NCBI GenBank assembly: GCA_965263045.1
Contig: CBDHGK010000041.1
Span: 4,346,408-4,410,407, forward strand
Length of the DNA: 64,000 nt
Direction: 5' to 3'
Source of the DNA: Terriglobia bacterium
GTDB lineage: Bacteria > Acidobacteriota > Terriglobia > 20CM-2-55-15
The translations under genes were made by a program, and so were the position numbers. Position 1 is the first letter of the stretch; each line of letters starts with the position of its first letter. Shown here piece by piece: positions 9,141-19,613 of this stretch. The notes under the pieces are model-generated. The model saw only the letters and a list, made by a program, of their open reading frames with translations, had not been told where the DNA came from and did no database searches.

Positions 9141-11297
9141 TCAAAAACTCAGGCGGATGCCTCCGTTGATCGCCCGTCCTTCCAGCGGCGCCCAGGCGTC
9201 GACTGTCCAACGTCCGTCAAAGTTGCGCTGTGGTCTTACGAGCGGTTCGTATCGGGTTTGTCGGGTATTCCCGAGGTTCTCGCCATTAACGAACAAGCGG
9301 AATCGACCAATGCGCTGTTCCGCCAGAATGCCAAACACCCAATAAGGCTCGGCCTCCGTCCGGTAAGGGTTATCGTCGAGACGCTGGCTTCCTGTGTAGA
9401 ACATCTCGAAGCCAATACGGGAGCGGCCTTCCCGCTCCCAAACGCCAACGAATCCGGACGCGTGGCGGGGCGTAAGGGCCACTGTTTCCCGGCCGTCGAT
9501 TCCCAGTTCGGTGGAACGCAGGAACGTATGCGTGAGGGTTGCCGCGAAGTCTCCCCGACGCCACCGTGTCAGCAGTTCAACCCCTGCCGTGTGGACGTTT
9601 CCTTCGGAGTTGACGATTTCCAGCCTACCCGAAGAACCTGGCCGTGCCGCGCGCAGTTCGATCGGATTGCTGATCGAAGATCCAAATATCGTGCCGGTCA
9701 GTTCGATCAGAGGTGTGCTCCATCCGATGTCCGCCGAAATGCTCCATGCGCGCTCGGCTTCCAGGTCGGTCAGAGGCGCCAAATCGGAAAGGCCCACAGC
9801 TTCGGTTTCTTCGGTGAAAGGCGTCGGGGCAAAGACCCCTGTGCCCCCCGATAGCCTCGCTGTGAACGCGTTTGGAAGGCGAAATAGCGCAGAGATGCGT
9901 GGGTTGAAGAACGTTCCGTAGTCACTATGAACGTCCAGCCGGGCACTCCCGGACAACGTGGTCCGAGAACCGACCGTGTAGTCATCCTGTACGAAGACCG
10001 CCGGGACAGTGTAGGTGTAGTCAAACCGGTCGATGTCCCGTCCCCGGTAGGAGTCGGTCTGAAGCGCCGTGCCAACGAGCCACGCATGCGCTCCTTGCTC
10101 GCCCATGATCGATGCCTCGCCGAACCATGTCTGATGCCGATCCCGTTCAGTCCGCTGACCGAACTGATGACTGTGCCATTGCGTCACTGTGGATGCCCGA
10201 AGGGACAGAACGCGGGTTCCGATGAGAAATCGCCCTACGAGTCCGGCATCCAGGCGTTCGCTTGTGAGTTCTTCCTGAAACGGCTGACCGTCGGGTAGGG
10301 ATGCGCCTCGAATCGTCCCGCCCTCGCGGTCTTCGGCCATCACACCCAGAGTCGCAAAAACGGAGTTTCCGTCCTGGTCTTCCCACACGAAGCGCGGCCG
10401 AAGAACACCCCTGCGGAAACCCGGCAAATCGGCCCAGCCATCATTGTCCACGTCGGCGGTTTCCTGAAGATGTGCTCCGCCGATAAGGCTGTAGCCCCAC
10501 CGGTTCGTTCCCGGCTCGGCCAGCCAGAAGACAGCATCACTGCCGTTCAGCGAAGTGCGGTTCAGCAGCAGTTCCCGCTCCCGCTCCGCCGGGCGGCGGG
10601 AGACAAGGTTGATCACCCCTCCCAATGCCGAAGATCCGTAAAGTGCGGAACCGACACCTTTGATCACCTCCACTTGACCCAGGTCGAGGGGCGGAATCTG
10701 AAGCAGTCCGATCGCTCCGGTCTGTCCGCCATACAGGGGCAGACCGTCCGCGAGCAGCTGAGTGTATCTTCCCCGGAGTCCTTGGACCCGGACGTTCGCC
10801 GCGCCCAGGGATGGCGATGTTACTTGCACCCGAAGTCCCGCCGTCTCGTTCAGCAGCATCGCGATGTCCCCAGGCGTCATCAGCGCCTTTTCCACGATTT
10901 CTTCTTGCTGGATGACCTCGACACGCATCGGCGTATCTTCGATACGCCGCTCGGTTCGTGTAGCGGTGACCGTGATCTCCTGGTTGAGAATTTCGATCTG
11001 CAATTCCACCTCGATGCGTGTGCTCGAATCCATGCTGATCATTGCCATGACTGTTTGCGGCAGAAATCCAGGGCTCTCGATCGTGACCGTGACAGGTCCG
11101 GTCGGTGGTTCGAGCACGGCTTCGCCGGATTGGTCGGTCAGGGCGCGTCGGTCGCCAGCGACCACTTCGGCAAGAGCAATCGGTTGAGCCTGACTCTGCA
11201 CGTTCACGACCAGCGTGCCTCGATTCTGTTGCGCATCGATTTTGGGAGCGGAAAACAACAAGACAAGAGTCCAGAGGCAAAACCAGAACCGCATGAC
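9141..11297 (-). CDS. TonB-dependent outer-membrane receptor with N-terminal carboxypeptidase-regulatory-like domain
   Basis: Signal peptide MRFWFCLWTLVLLFSAPKIDAQ. Plug-region motifs (DTPMRVEVI, GLRGRYTQLLADGLPLYGG, VEVIKGVGSALYGSSALGGVINLV). C-terminal ...GGIRLSF. GGAGG RBS upstream of the ATG at 11297. Confidence 0.85.
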   Translation of the reverse strand, partial: VMRFWFCLWTLVLLFSAPKIDAQQNRGTLVVNVQSQAQPIALAEVVAGDRRALTDQSGEAVLEPPTGPVTVTIESPGFLPQTVMAMISMDSSTRIEVELQIEILNQEITVTATRTERRIEDTPMRVEVIQQEEIVEKALMTPGDIAMLLNETAGLRVQVTSPSLGAANVRVQGLRGRYTQLLADGLPLYGGQTGAIGLLQIPPLDLGQVEVIKGVGSALYGSSALGGVINLVSRRPAERERELLLNRTSLNGSDAVFWLAEPGTNRWGYSLIGGAHLQETADVDNDGWADLPGFRRGVLRPRFVWEDQDGNSVFATLGVMAEDREGGTIRGASLPDGQPFQEELTSERLDAGLVGRFLIGTRVLSLRASTVTQWHSHQFGQRTERDRHQTWFGEASIMGEQGAHAWLVGTALQTDSYRGRDIDRFDYTYTVPAVFVQDDYTVGSRTTLSGSARLDVHSDYGTFFNPRISALFRLPNAFTARLSGGTGVFAPTPFTEETEAVGLSDLAPLTDLEAERAWSISADIGWSTPLIELTGTIFGSSISNPIELRAARPGSSGRLEIVNSEGNVHTAGVELLTRWRRGDFAATLTHTFLRSTELGIDGRETVALTPRHASGFVGVWEREGRSRIGFEMFYTGSQRLDDNPYRTEAEPYWVFGILAEQRIGRFRLFVNGENLGNTRQTRYEPLVRPQRNFDGRWTVDAWAPLEGRAINGGIRLSF

Positions 11298-11356
11298 ATT
11301 CCTCCGTGGGGAGTACGCGATTAACCAGGCGAACGGGAAGTGAGGAGAGCGGTCTT

Positions 11357-11713
11357 CTAAAGCAGAAGTACCATGGATGGGTCTGCTGGGCCTACCGGGG
11401 GCGGCGGCGCCTCGGTCCAGGGAGCGCGGAGAAAGCGGGTTGCTGGAGGCGCGGTGGCAAGCGGCGGCGGGTGCCCGAAGGATGTTGTGACGTGAGACAG
11501 CGAAGAATCTGTCGGTGCCTTTCCGTCTGCAAGAAAAGCGGTGGAAACGCAGTCGATGCACGCACCGTTTGTCTGTGAACCGTGTTCGATCGGGCGTTCA
11601 GGACAAACGACGGCGCAGGTCACGGCTATTGCGAACACTCCGGCCAGGACGAGCACCGCTGAACGCTGGACGATCATCGCCGCGATTATAACCTGCATGC
11701 GGAGGATGACCAA
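11357..11713 (-). CDS. Hypothetical small membrane-anchored protein upstream of the TonB receptor
   Basis: ORF with a hydrophobic N-terminal segment (AVLVLAGVFAIAVTCAVV). GC-rich region, so it could be spurious. Confidence 0.2.
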   Translation of the reverse strand: MVILRMQVIIAAMIVQRSAVLVLAGVFAIAVTCAVVCPERPIEHGSQTNGACIDCVSTAFLADGKAPTDSSLSHVTTSFGHPPPLATAPPATRFLRAPWTEAPPPPVGPADPSMVLLL

Positions 11714-12252
11714 CGCGAGTGCGAGGCACTCGCGTCGCTTCGGACCTGCATCTCCGCCGCCAAAACCGCGGGTTCGGTTTCACCCGCAGGATGTCGTCGG
11801 TTCAAGCCCGGTCGGTTCGATTTCGGAACAACGACTCGGAGGATAGATGACCGCGTCCCTGAACGCAGGAGATCCATGAGTTGGAGCCTCTTTCGACGGG
11901 TTGGAGCCTCTTTCGACCCATTTAACTCAGCGCGGCAGCGAATCTTCGGGATCGGATTGCCCCACCGTGTCAGTTCTTGCGCGATTTTGGAAGGAGCCTT
12001 CCGGGACTGACACGCACCCGCAACCTGCCGGACGCCCGGGTGGCGCAGAAGTTATTCTTGGTCAGGCGAGTGACTGGTGACTTGTAACGGAGATATCGCC
12101 AGTGGCGTTGGGAGCGCAACGGGGCCGGATTCCAGGAGGCAACAGGTTGACCATCGGAGGTCGCGGGGACGAGGGAATGCGCCTACATTGTGAGGAGCGG
12201 ATGACGACGAAGACAATGCCGTTTCGCCCCAGCCCCCCAGGGCCGATGAGGG

Positions 12253-12480
12253 TTGCCGGTCGCCCCAGCGGCACAGGATGCTAGCGATCCCTCGACTGTT
12301 TCTCCGGGATTTCATCGTCTGACTTTGCCGCGTGCGGATGGACCTGTAATCAACAACGCGATCCTCGTTCCGGATAGCTATTCTCCCTCGACGCCCATCC
12401 CTCTCCTTCTTACATTGCACTTCGGAGGAAACCCGACCGGCGCCCAATGCTCGGGACAGACAGCTGTCCACCGCGGAAAC
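12253..12480 (+). pseudogene. Possible esterase (PHB-depolymerase-type) N-terminal remnant
   Basis: The segment PGFHRLTLPRADGPVINNAILVPDSYSPSTPIPLLLTLHFGGNPTGAQ resembles the N-terminus of esterase_phb family proteins. The frame then runs into the convergent gene. Confidence 0.25.
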
Positions 12481-12486
12481 AGCAGC

Positions 12487-13239
12487 TCACCGCAGGGGCC
12501 TGAACGTCTCGATATACTCCATCGCCTCCGAGGGGATGCACAACTGCTCTTCGAATTCCTGATCCGGATCCCAAGTCAGGATCTCTCTCATCGCTTCGAA
12601 CGGGCTCACGGTATACATCGCGGGATCGTCGACTATCACCGTGATCTCCAAGGTGTCGTGGTCGATCCTGCGATAGCGTTCCTCGATCATCGCGTTTGTG
12701 CTGATGGGATAGCCTCTCTGGTCGGCCCAGATCTTTTCGTCGAAACCTGTGGAGTGGACCACAAACGTGTAGTCGTCCTCCCACCGGCCCACGGAGTAGC
12801 CGAAGTAGCGTGTATCCGCCGCGCCATCCTCATAGGTTCCCACGTTCGTGGGGAGCGGGCGGGCGTCGGTCCAGATTTCGCGCCAGATCCGCATGTACTG
12901 ATTCAGGATCAACATCCGGTTCGTCACCTCGAAATACGCCACCCCGCGCAGCTCGTAAAACACGCTGCGGGGTACACCCAGCGGATCGCAATAGCGGAAG
13001 CCATCGTTCGATTCGGCTACGGGAACCGCTCTATTCCCCTGGAAAGGCATGTGCTCCTCAAACAGCTGCTGTCCCAGAGGCGTCATCTGAGGAAACGGAT
13101 CGAGTCTGAAGGTCGGTGTGCCGCTATCCCATACCCCGTCCAGGCTGCGGACCGGAGCGGGCGCCTGGGCCTGGAGTTTTGGCGACAGGCACAGAAACAG
13201 AGCTACAAGGAGACACGCGCTGCTGGCAAGTCTGGTCAT
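12487..13239 (-). CDS. Secreted hypothetical protein
   Basis: 250-aa ORF with a clear signal peptide MTRLASSACLLVALFLCLSPKLQAQA. Codon usage is consistent with neighbouring genes. Confidence 0.55.
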   Translation of the reverse strand: MTRLASSACLLVALFLCLSPKLQAQAPAPVRSLDGVWDSGTPTFRLDPFPQMTPLGQQLFEEHMPFQGNRAVPVAESNDGFRYCDPLGVPRSVFYELRGVAYFEVTNRMLILNQYMRIWREIWTDARPLPTNVGTYEDGAADTRYFGYSVGRWEDDYTFVVHSTGFDEKIWADQRGYPISTNAMIEERYRRIDHDTLEITVIVDDPAMYTVSPFEAMREILTWDPDQEFEEQLCIPSEAMEYIETFRPLR

Positions 13240-13498
13240 ATTGGATCCTCCCGTTTGAGTTGCCGAAGCCGGTGCGATCGAACACCGTGCCGTCGGCCAG
13301 GGCGACTTTGGCCAAGTGCCCGCGGGGCGTTCCGTCCAACGCCGGATTCACCTCGACCTTAAGGATCTCGCCGGTCTTCACGGCGCTTGGGGTCCCGGCC
13401 CTTCGGGTCAGGGTCGACGGGCTGCCCGTTTCCGTGTTCCATCGGGTCACGTTGCCGTTCGCGTCGGCGACCTCGACCGCGCCAGCGGGCAAATTCAA
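13124..13498 (-). CDS. Hypothetical protein; overlaps the start of the preceding gene, so may be spurious or frameshifted
   Basis: 124-aa ORF (…KTGEILKVEVNPALDGTPRGHLAKVALADGTVFDR…). Its 3' end overlaps 12487..13239 by about 116 nt. Confidence 0.2.
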   Translation of the reverse strand: MNLPAGAVEVADANGNVTRWNTETGSPSTLTRRAGTPSAVKTGEILKVEVNPALDGTPRGHLAKVALADGTVFDRTGFGNSNGRIQYDQTCQQRVSPCSSVSVPVAKTPGPGARSGPQPGRGMG

Positions 13499-13947
13499 CA
13501 GAACCGGACAGCCACGCGCCCTGCGCTTGGAACGGATGCCTGAATTTCTGTTTGCCGGAATACTATTCCGGACGCATTTTCGATGTCAATTTATCAATCT
13601 GAGGGAGGAGGCGGGCTTGCGGCGGGTCCTCCACGAACGTTTCGGACCCGTCGCGCGACCGATCCGCGGCAGCCGGGGCAACAGGATCTTCGCCAGGGCA
13701 GCGGCCCCGGGGGACCGGATCCGCTGGACTTTCAGTTCGTTGTGCGACCGGGCACCCGCTTCTCCATGCACTGCAGCGGTTCCGTCGGCGCGATCAAGGA
13801 GGGCAAGGGCAGCAATTGGCTCGACGGCGTCCCCACCGACGGTCAACACATCCTGGATCTCATTAGAAGCTTCGGGCCACGGACATTGCCTTCTCCATTC
13901 TTTCCTCTGGCAACACAGACGGGAACGGGCGGCCGCAGGCCCTCGCG

Positions 13948-14095
13948 CGAACGGGTGCGGGTGCCCTAGCGCAGCCCCCTCTCTCGCTGAATTGCCAGCC
14001 CAGTCCTCCGAAAAATCCCTCCGAATTGCCCCAAAAAGAACCGCAGCAATTCCACGGGCTTGTACAGTCGCCTATGCTTCCATGTGACTGCATCA
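13948..14095 (+). repeat. Dispersed intergenic repeat family, copy A
   Basis: Contains GAACGGGTGCGGGTGCCCTAG, ...AAAAATCCCTCCGAATTGCCCCAAAAAG... and ...GCTTCCATGTGACTG, shared with copies C, D and E. Confidence 0.55.
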
Positions 14096-14144
14096 GGATC
14101 ACGAAAGCCTTGCATCGATTCCCCTGCTCATTTACCATCGGCCT

Positions 14145-14417
14145 ATGATTCGAGTATTCGTCCGTCACAAAGTGCAAAATTACGCAAGGTGGAGAGCCGC
14201 CTTCGACGACTTCAAAAAGACGCGCAAAGCCGGAGGCGAGAAGTCGTTCAAGATCGGTCACGCCGCGGGCCAGCCGAACAACCTGTGTTTGCTCTTCACT
14301 TGGGATTCGGTGACGAACGCCAAGGCCTTCATACGGTCGAAGGAGTTAAAGGCAAAGATGCAGGAAGGCGGCGTCCGCGAAAAGCCGGAGATCCACATCT
14401 TCGAGGACAAGGACTGA
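14145..14417 (+). CDS. ABM-domain (antibiotic biosynthesis monooxygenase/Dabb-like) small protein
   Basis: 90 aa: MIRVFVRHKV...GQPNNLCLLFTWDSVTNAKAFIRSKELKAKM matches the ferredoxin-like ABM fold pattern. Confidence 0.55.
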   Translation: MIRVFVRHKVQNYARWRAAFDDFKKTRKAGGEKSFKIGHAAGQPNNLCLLFTWDSVTNAKAFIRSKELKAKMQEGGVREKPEIHIFEDKD

Positions 14418-14827
14418 CGCAGATAGGTCGGCGCTTCTGACGCGAACGATTATCGAGCGCGTCACATCAATTTCAGCCCAGGCGGCAACACGGCGGACAA
14501 CTCCAGGCAGTAGGTGATCAGCAGAAGCGAATTCATCATCACGAAGAAGAACGGGATCATCGGCGCGATCGCCCGCACAATGATGGCCCGTCTGAATCCG
14601 GCGCCTGACCGGGAAATCCTGCCTTAAATCCCCCGCGCTACGGTCTGTGGCCGGGCGCTAGGTTTACATATCACCCCTAATCTCACCTTCTGACCGCTGC
14701 CATAGTCATCGCGCACTACCTGGAACGCTTATCCGGCAACGATCGTCCGGCTCTGGGACATCGCTTCCGATGGGACATGATTGGTATTTGTCCGAGCGCA
14801 GCGGGCGTCGAACCCTGGCAGATCGAC

Positions 14828-14936
14828 ATCGTCCTGTTTCGCCCGAATCGCCTGTCCGATTCCTTAAGGAACTCTTGCGAATAGCCTTAAGCAGGGCTGG
14901 ACTAATTTCACTTGCCTGTATGGTCGCCGATACGGA
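14828..14936 (+). repeat. Dispersed intergenic repeat family, copy B (core)
   Basis: TCGTCCTGTTTCGCCCGAATCGCCTGTCCGATTCC...GCCTTAAGCAGGGCTGGACTAATTTCACTTGCCTGTATGGTCGCC aligns with copy C (19319..19415) and copy D. Confidence 0.6.
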
Positions 14937-15160
14937 AAAGTGGGTTTTTCTCCTGACCCCATGAACTCAGGCCAATCAGATGTCAGGATAGGGGGTTATA
15001 CAGGAGAGTGACTCCTTACATTGACGCCAAGTCCCTTCCCTCATATTATTTAGTCAGATCTTCCCAGTTCTGTCAGCGACTCGCCAAAACATGGAATCCG
15101 GCACTAGATTCGGCCACCACACGATCCAGTCCACACTCGGTAAGGGCGGCATGGGTGAAG

Positions 15161-16602
15161 GAGTCAAGCCCATTCTTAGTTGAAACTCTCCACGGCTCAC
15201 GATGGGTCATGCAACTTTCTTCTTCGATCTCGTCGACGTCTTCGCCTCAATTTTCAGCTCTCGCTGGAGGGCTTCGCGGAGCTTTGGAAGATGACGGTAG
15301 CCGATCACCTTCCTCAGGCGCGGTTCGATGTCGATGAGCGCCGTCGCCAACCAGCGTTGCCGCTGACTCGAGTTCTTCCAATGATCGACCTTCGCACACC
15401 TTTCCTCGACAAGGGCATTGACCGATTCCAGGCAATTCGTCGTCTTGAACGAACGGCCCAAGACCCCGTACACGCCGAGCCGATGCAACGTGAGGGTCTC
15501 TTCCAGGCCTTCCTCAAGGCTCGCAGCCCCCGATTGGTTTCGCTCCTCGAGCTCTCCATGGAGCTCTCCGAGCGCCGCCCGAGCTTCGTCGTACTCCGGG
15601 CGCTCGTAGGCCCGCTGCAGCCGGCGTCGCCACACGGCTTGCTCGGTCTTCGATAGGTATCTCACGACGTTCTCGCGTTTGTGCCATTGGCAGCGTTGGA
15701 CCAGGGCTCGATTCCTGAATGCCTTCTTGACCGCCGCCCGCAGACCTTTGCCGCCGTCGACAATCACCAGCACGCCTTCAGAGATGTCCAGGCCCCGCTC
15801 CATCAACGAACGGAGAAACGGAGTCAGCACTTGCTCGTTCTCCGTGTCGGTCTCCACGAAGCCCAAGAAGCGTTTGTCGCCCGAAAGCGTGACGCCCAGG
15901 GCCACTACCATCAGGGCGTCGGCAAACGCCTTCCCGTCCAGGAAGATCGCCACGACGTCCTCGCCACTCAGATCCCGCTCCTGCATCTCCCGAAGTTTCG
16001 CGGCACTCGCCTGGACGAATCCTCGAGACACCGTCGAACTCGACAGTCCGATCGCTCCCGGAATCGCTTCAGCGGCCGATTCATAGTTCCGGCAGGAGAT
16101 CCCATACAGCACACGTCTGAGCAGTAGCTCGTTCACCGCGCCACCCGGACTGAGTTCCTCGTAGGTCCGAAGCGGAATCTCCCCGCCCGCCACGCTGCGC
16201 ACTCGAGGCACCCGAACCGGCACCCGCTGGCCACCCAGCCCCACGGTCCCCGGATTGCTCCCGTGTCGCCGGCCCCGCAACGCCGCCTCCTTTCGTGCGT
16301 ATCGCTCACCCGCCAACGACTTCACTTCCTCGTCGAGCAACTCCTCCACGTGCATCAACCCCAGTGGGATCAACGCCCGAATCATCTCCACCTTCGAGTC
16401 CAATTCCAGTCCCGAGTATTCCTCCCGGCTCAGGACCTCGACCTCACCCAGCACACGCGACTTCTTGCGTTTCTTTACCGAACGTAACAGACTCCTCATC
16501 TCGGCTCCTTTCTCTTACAGGCTTGATGTTGTTTCTTCCAATACCATCAAACCATGGGGTTTGGAGCCGTTTCAATTTCCAACTAAGATTGGCACACATT
16601 CT
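15161..16602 (-). mobile_element. IS256-family element with 8-bp target-site duplication GGGTGAAG (15153-15160 and 16603-16610)
   Basis: Imperfect terminal IRs (…CCCATTCTTAGTTGAAACTCTCCACGGCTC… and …CCAATCTTAGTTGGAAATTGAAACGGCTC…). Flanked by the direct repeat GGGTGAAG. Confidence 0.75.
15207..16499 (-). CDS. IS256-family (mutator-type) transposase
   Basis: 430 aa carrying the CQWHKRENV motif (the CWVHKxRN signature of IS256 transposases) and DDE region. Confidence 0.8.
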   Translation of the reverse strand: MRSLLRSVKKRKKSRVLGEVEVLSREEYSGLELDSKVEMIRALIPLGLMHVEELLDEEVKSLAGERYARKEAALRGRRHGSNPGTVGLGGQRVPVRVPRVRSVAGGEIPLRTYEELSPGGAVNELLLRRVLYGISCRNYESAAEAIPGAIGLSSSTVSRGFVQASAAKLREMQERDLSGEDVVAIFLDGKAFADALMVVALGVTLSGDKRFLGFVETDTENEQVLTPFLRSLMERGLDISEGVLVIVDGGKGLRAAVKKAFRNRALVQRCQWHKRENVVRYLSKTEQAVWRRRLQRAYERPEYDEARAALGELHGELEERNQSGAASLEEGLEETLTLHRLGVYGVLGRSFKTTNCLESVNALVEERCAKVDHWKNSSQRQRWLATALIDIEPRLRKVIGYRHLPKLREALQRELKIEAKTSTRSKKKVA

Positions 16603-18985
16603 GGGTGAAGTATGGAGTGCCTGTGATACGAAGCTCGGGCGTAAAGTCGCCAAAAAGACCTGGCCTTCGGTTCGGCGCAGTCGCAGGTCACGTGGAGCGG
16701 CGACTGTGATTACAGTTTTGGTGGCACTTTCTGCCCCGTCAGATAGTCAGGCTGCAGTTGCTCAAGCAGCAACGTCCACCGAGGCACCGCAGCTGACAGC
16801 GGCTCGAGCCGAACCTGAAACCGAATCAACGGCGTCCGAGTTTGTCATCCCACGTGTGGGTGCACCCCCCCGGCTTGAGGATTACATCTCCCCAGACGGC
16901 TCTCCAGTCGGTGCTCTTGTGACGGGATTTCGTCAGCGACGACCCGGAGACGGAACTCCAATCAGCCAGCCGACGCGAGCGTATCTGACCTACGACAGCC
17001 AGAATCTCTATGTCGCGTTCGTGTGTGAAGACGACGACGCCGGCAACCTCCGGGCCAATTTGGCCAAACGCGAGATCATCGGGGATGATGATCGAGTGAC
17101 GGTCTATCTAGACACTTACGACGACAACCGCCGGGCCTACGTCTTTTCGACAAACGCACTCGGCGTTCAGCAGGATGGATTCTTTACCGAAGGCCAGGGG
17201 CAGGACCGGCAGTTTGACACGGTTTGGTATTCGGAGGGGCAGTTGTTTGAAGGAGGCTATGCAGTCTTGATGCGCATACCGTTCAGGAGTGTCCGTTTTT
17301 CCGATGCCTCCCTCGGCCGTTGGGGAATTGCATTCCGACGAACGATCGAACGGGAGGCTGAGGAGTCATATTGGCCTTTCATCACAACTCGAACCCAGGG
17401 ATTCATCGTACAGTTCGGAAGCATGACCGGCCTCGCAGACGTCTCTGGAAGCCGCAATATCCGACTGATTCCCTATGCCAACCTTGCGCATGCACGTCTG
17501 CTCGATAGAAAACAATCCACATTCGTTACCGAGCAGGACGCTCGCGTGGGACTGGATGCTAAGTTCGTCTTCAGTGACAATGTCACTCTTGATCTCACAG
17601 TTAACCCGGACTTCAGCCAGGTTGAATCCGACGATCCCCAGGTGACGGTCAACCAGAGGTTTGAGGTTTCTTTCCCCGAAAAGCGACCGTTCTTTACCGA
17701 GAACGCCGCGTACTTCCGGACTCCGATCAACCTCTTCTTCTCAAGACGTATCGTTGATCCAGCTTTGGGAGCCCGCTTCACGGGGAGAAGCGGTGGATGG
17801 ACCATCGGTGTTCTGGCGGCGAACGACCGTGCAGCGGATCGAAGTCTACCTGGTTCCCATGAACTCGCGGATGTTGAAGCGAGCACGGGCGTTCTGCGCA
17901 TCCAGCGAGACATTGGAGAGCAGTCCCACGTGGGCGGAATATTCACAGCCAGAGAATTCGGCGACGATTTCAACCGCGTTGCCGGTTTCGACACCTACGT
18001 ACAGTTGTCGCCGAGCTGGTCGTTCATCGGCCAGGCGGTCAGAAGTATGGACCGCGATTTGAACCGTAGAGAGCGTGATGGAACAGCCTTTACAGGCAGT
18101 CTGGACTATTCCAGTCGGAGTTTCGTCTCTTCTACCAGCTACGCCGATCTTGATCCGAACTTCCGTTCCCGCCTGGGCTTTGTCCGTCGCGTGGATGTCC
18201 GGCAGGGGACGCAGTCGGTGGGTTATCGCTGGTGGCCGGAGGGCGGACGGCTGCAGAGCTTTGGACCTTCATTTGCCGCGAGTGCCAATTGGGATCACAG
18301 TGGCCGCCTCCAGGACTGGTCTGGTTCTGCAGAGTTCGCAGTTGAATTGACGGGTCAGACTTTCCTCAACATCTCAAGAACAAACGATTACGAATTCTTT
18401 GGACGCGGGTTTCGGAAGAGCCGATATGACGTCTCCGTCTCTACCGGTTGGTTGACATAGTTGTCGTTGGGTGGAACCTGGGGCCAGGGTGATGTGATCA
18501 ACTTCAGTCCGGCGGAAGGCCAGACCTTCTTTCTAGCCAACGATATGACGGCCTCTTTGTCGATGACCTTGCGGCCCTCTCCACGCCTGCGATTCGATGC
18601 CACCTATATCTATGACAGACTCGGGACCGGGGCCGATCCCGAACCCGGTCTACCCCTTCGAACCTCGATATTCAACAACCATCTTGCCCGGTCCAAGCTT
18701 AACTACCAGTTCACCCGAGAGCTTTCGCTCCGGCTGATTCTCGATTACTCTGCGTTACTACCGAACACGTCTTTGAGTTCTTTAGAGCCCTTCAAAGGAT
18801 TCACCTCCGATGTGCTGCTGGAATACCGGGTCAATCCTTGGACGGCAGTCTTTGCCGGTTACACCGACCAGCGGGAACACTTCGCGATGAATCCGCTTTC
18901 CACGCCAGGGTCGTTCACGGACGACTCATTCGTCCCTGTAGGCCGGCAGTTCTTCATCAAGCTGAGTTATTTGCTGTTTCAATAG
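16603..18985 (+). pseudogene. DUF5916-like outer-membrane protein with N-terminal CBM9-like region. Separated from its original start (ATG at 15149) by the IS256 insertion, and carries an in-frame TAG at 18458..18460.
   Basis: Removing the IS and one TSD copy restores MGEVWSACDTKLGRKVAKK...RRSRRSRGAATVITVLVALSAPS. The VNPDFSQVESDDP motif is present. Both ORFs (…16295..18460 and 18461..18985) are in the same frame, split only by TAG. Confidence 0.6.
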
Positions 18986-19261
18986 CTCGAATTCCAGCAC
19001 GGTCTTTCGAGAATGGCCGAGGCCGGAAGTCCAGTAGAATCGCCTGTTGAGAGTGGCCGTGTGCATGCCTCCTCGCACAGGGTATGGGTCTCGAAGCCAA
19101 CTATCAACCCCACCATTCCAACCAGAGCTTCCGGTCCGCATGCTGGACAGCGGGTGCTGACTGCAGGAAATTTGATCGTCGCCTGCTATCGGGAAACACT
19201 CACCGGACGCCGGTGTCCGAACGCTCCCGGCTTCAACTCTCGCCAACGTTGACGTCCCGGT

Positions 19262-19440
19262 CCAGGACCGTCGAAGACTGAAAAGTGCCCCATCAAATGT
19301 TCGGGTCCCGGTGCCGTAGTTCATCGTCCTGTTTCGCTCAAATCGCCTGTCCGTTTGTCAGAAAACTTCCTCTAAAATGCCCTAAGCCGGAGTGTATTAA
19401 TTTCACTTTCCTGTATGGTCCCCTACACTTCCATGTGACT
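19262..19440 (+). repeat. Dispersed intergenic repeat family, copy C
   Basis: TCATCGTCCTGTTTCGCTCAAATCGCCTGTCCG...AAAACTTCCTCTAAAATGCCCTAAGCC...ATTAATTTCACTTTCCTGTATGGTCCCCTACACTTCCATGTGACTG. Confidence 0.6.
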
Positions 19441-19613
19441 GTTTCATTGACCTGAAACACTACCTGTAGTCTCATTCATCGAGAAGCAGATCGGTCCAGT
19501 GCATTGAATAGACATGCTTCAGAACGACTTGGAGACTCTGGAAGTTGTCGCTTTCGAATCAGTGTGGGTTTGTGCGGCGGTTCTCATGCATCATCAGCCA
19601 TAGGGAGGCAATA

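Noticed and set aside
11298-11700. Possible cobalamin or other riboswitch upstream of the TonB-dependent receptor
   Set aside because: No B12-box or other recognisable riboswitch core on the − strand. The region is just GC-rich spacer.
11790-11830. T-arm-like motif GGTTCAAGCCCGG suggesting a tRNA or tmRNA 3' end
   Set aside because: I could not build a cloverleaf: there is no complementary acceptor or T-stem partner (GTCGG versus CCGGT do not pair) and no anticodon arm. It is probably chance in GC-rich DNA.
11861-11918. Direct repeat GTTGGAGCCTCTTTCGAC x2
   Set aside because: Only two copies of 18 bp separated by GG. No spacer or repeat periodicity, so this is not a CRISPR array or iteron set I can support.
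14462-14600. C-terminal-looking membrane segment (…RAIAPMIPFFFVMMNSLLLITYCLELSAVLPPGLKLM*) on the − strand
   Set aside because: Only about 45 codons, with no start and no upstream continuation. It is possibly a gene remnant but cannot be assigned.
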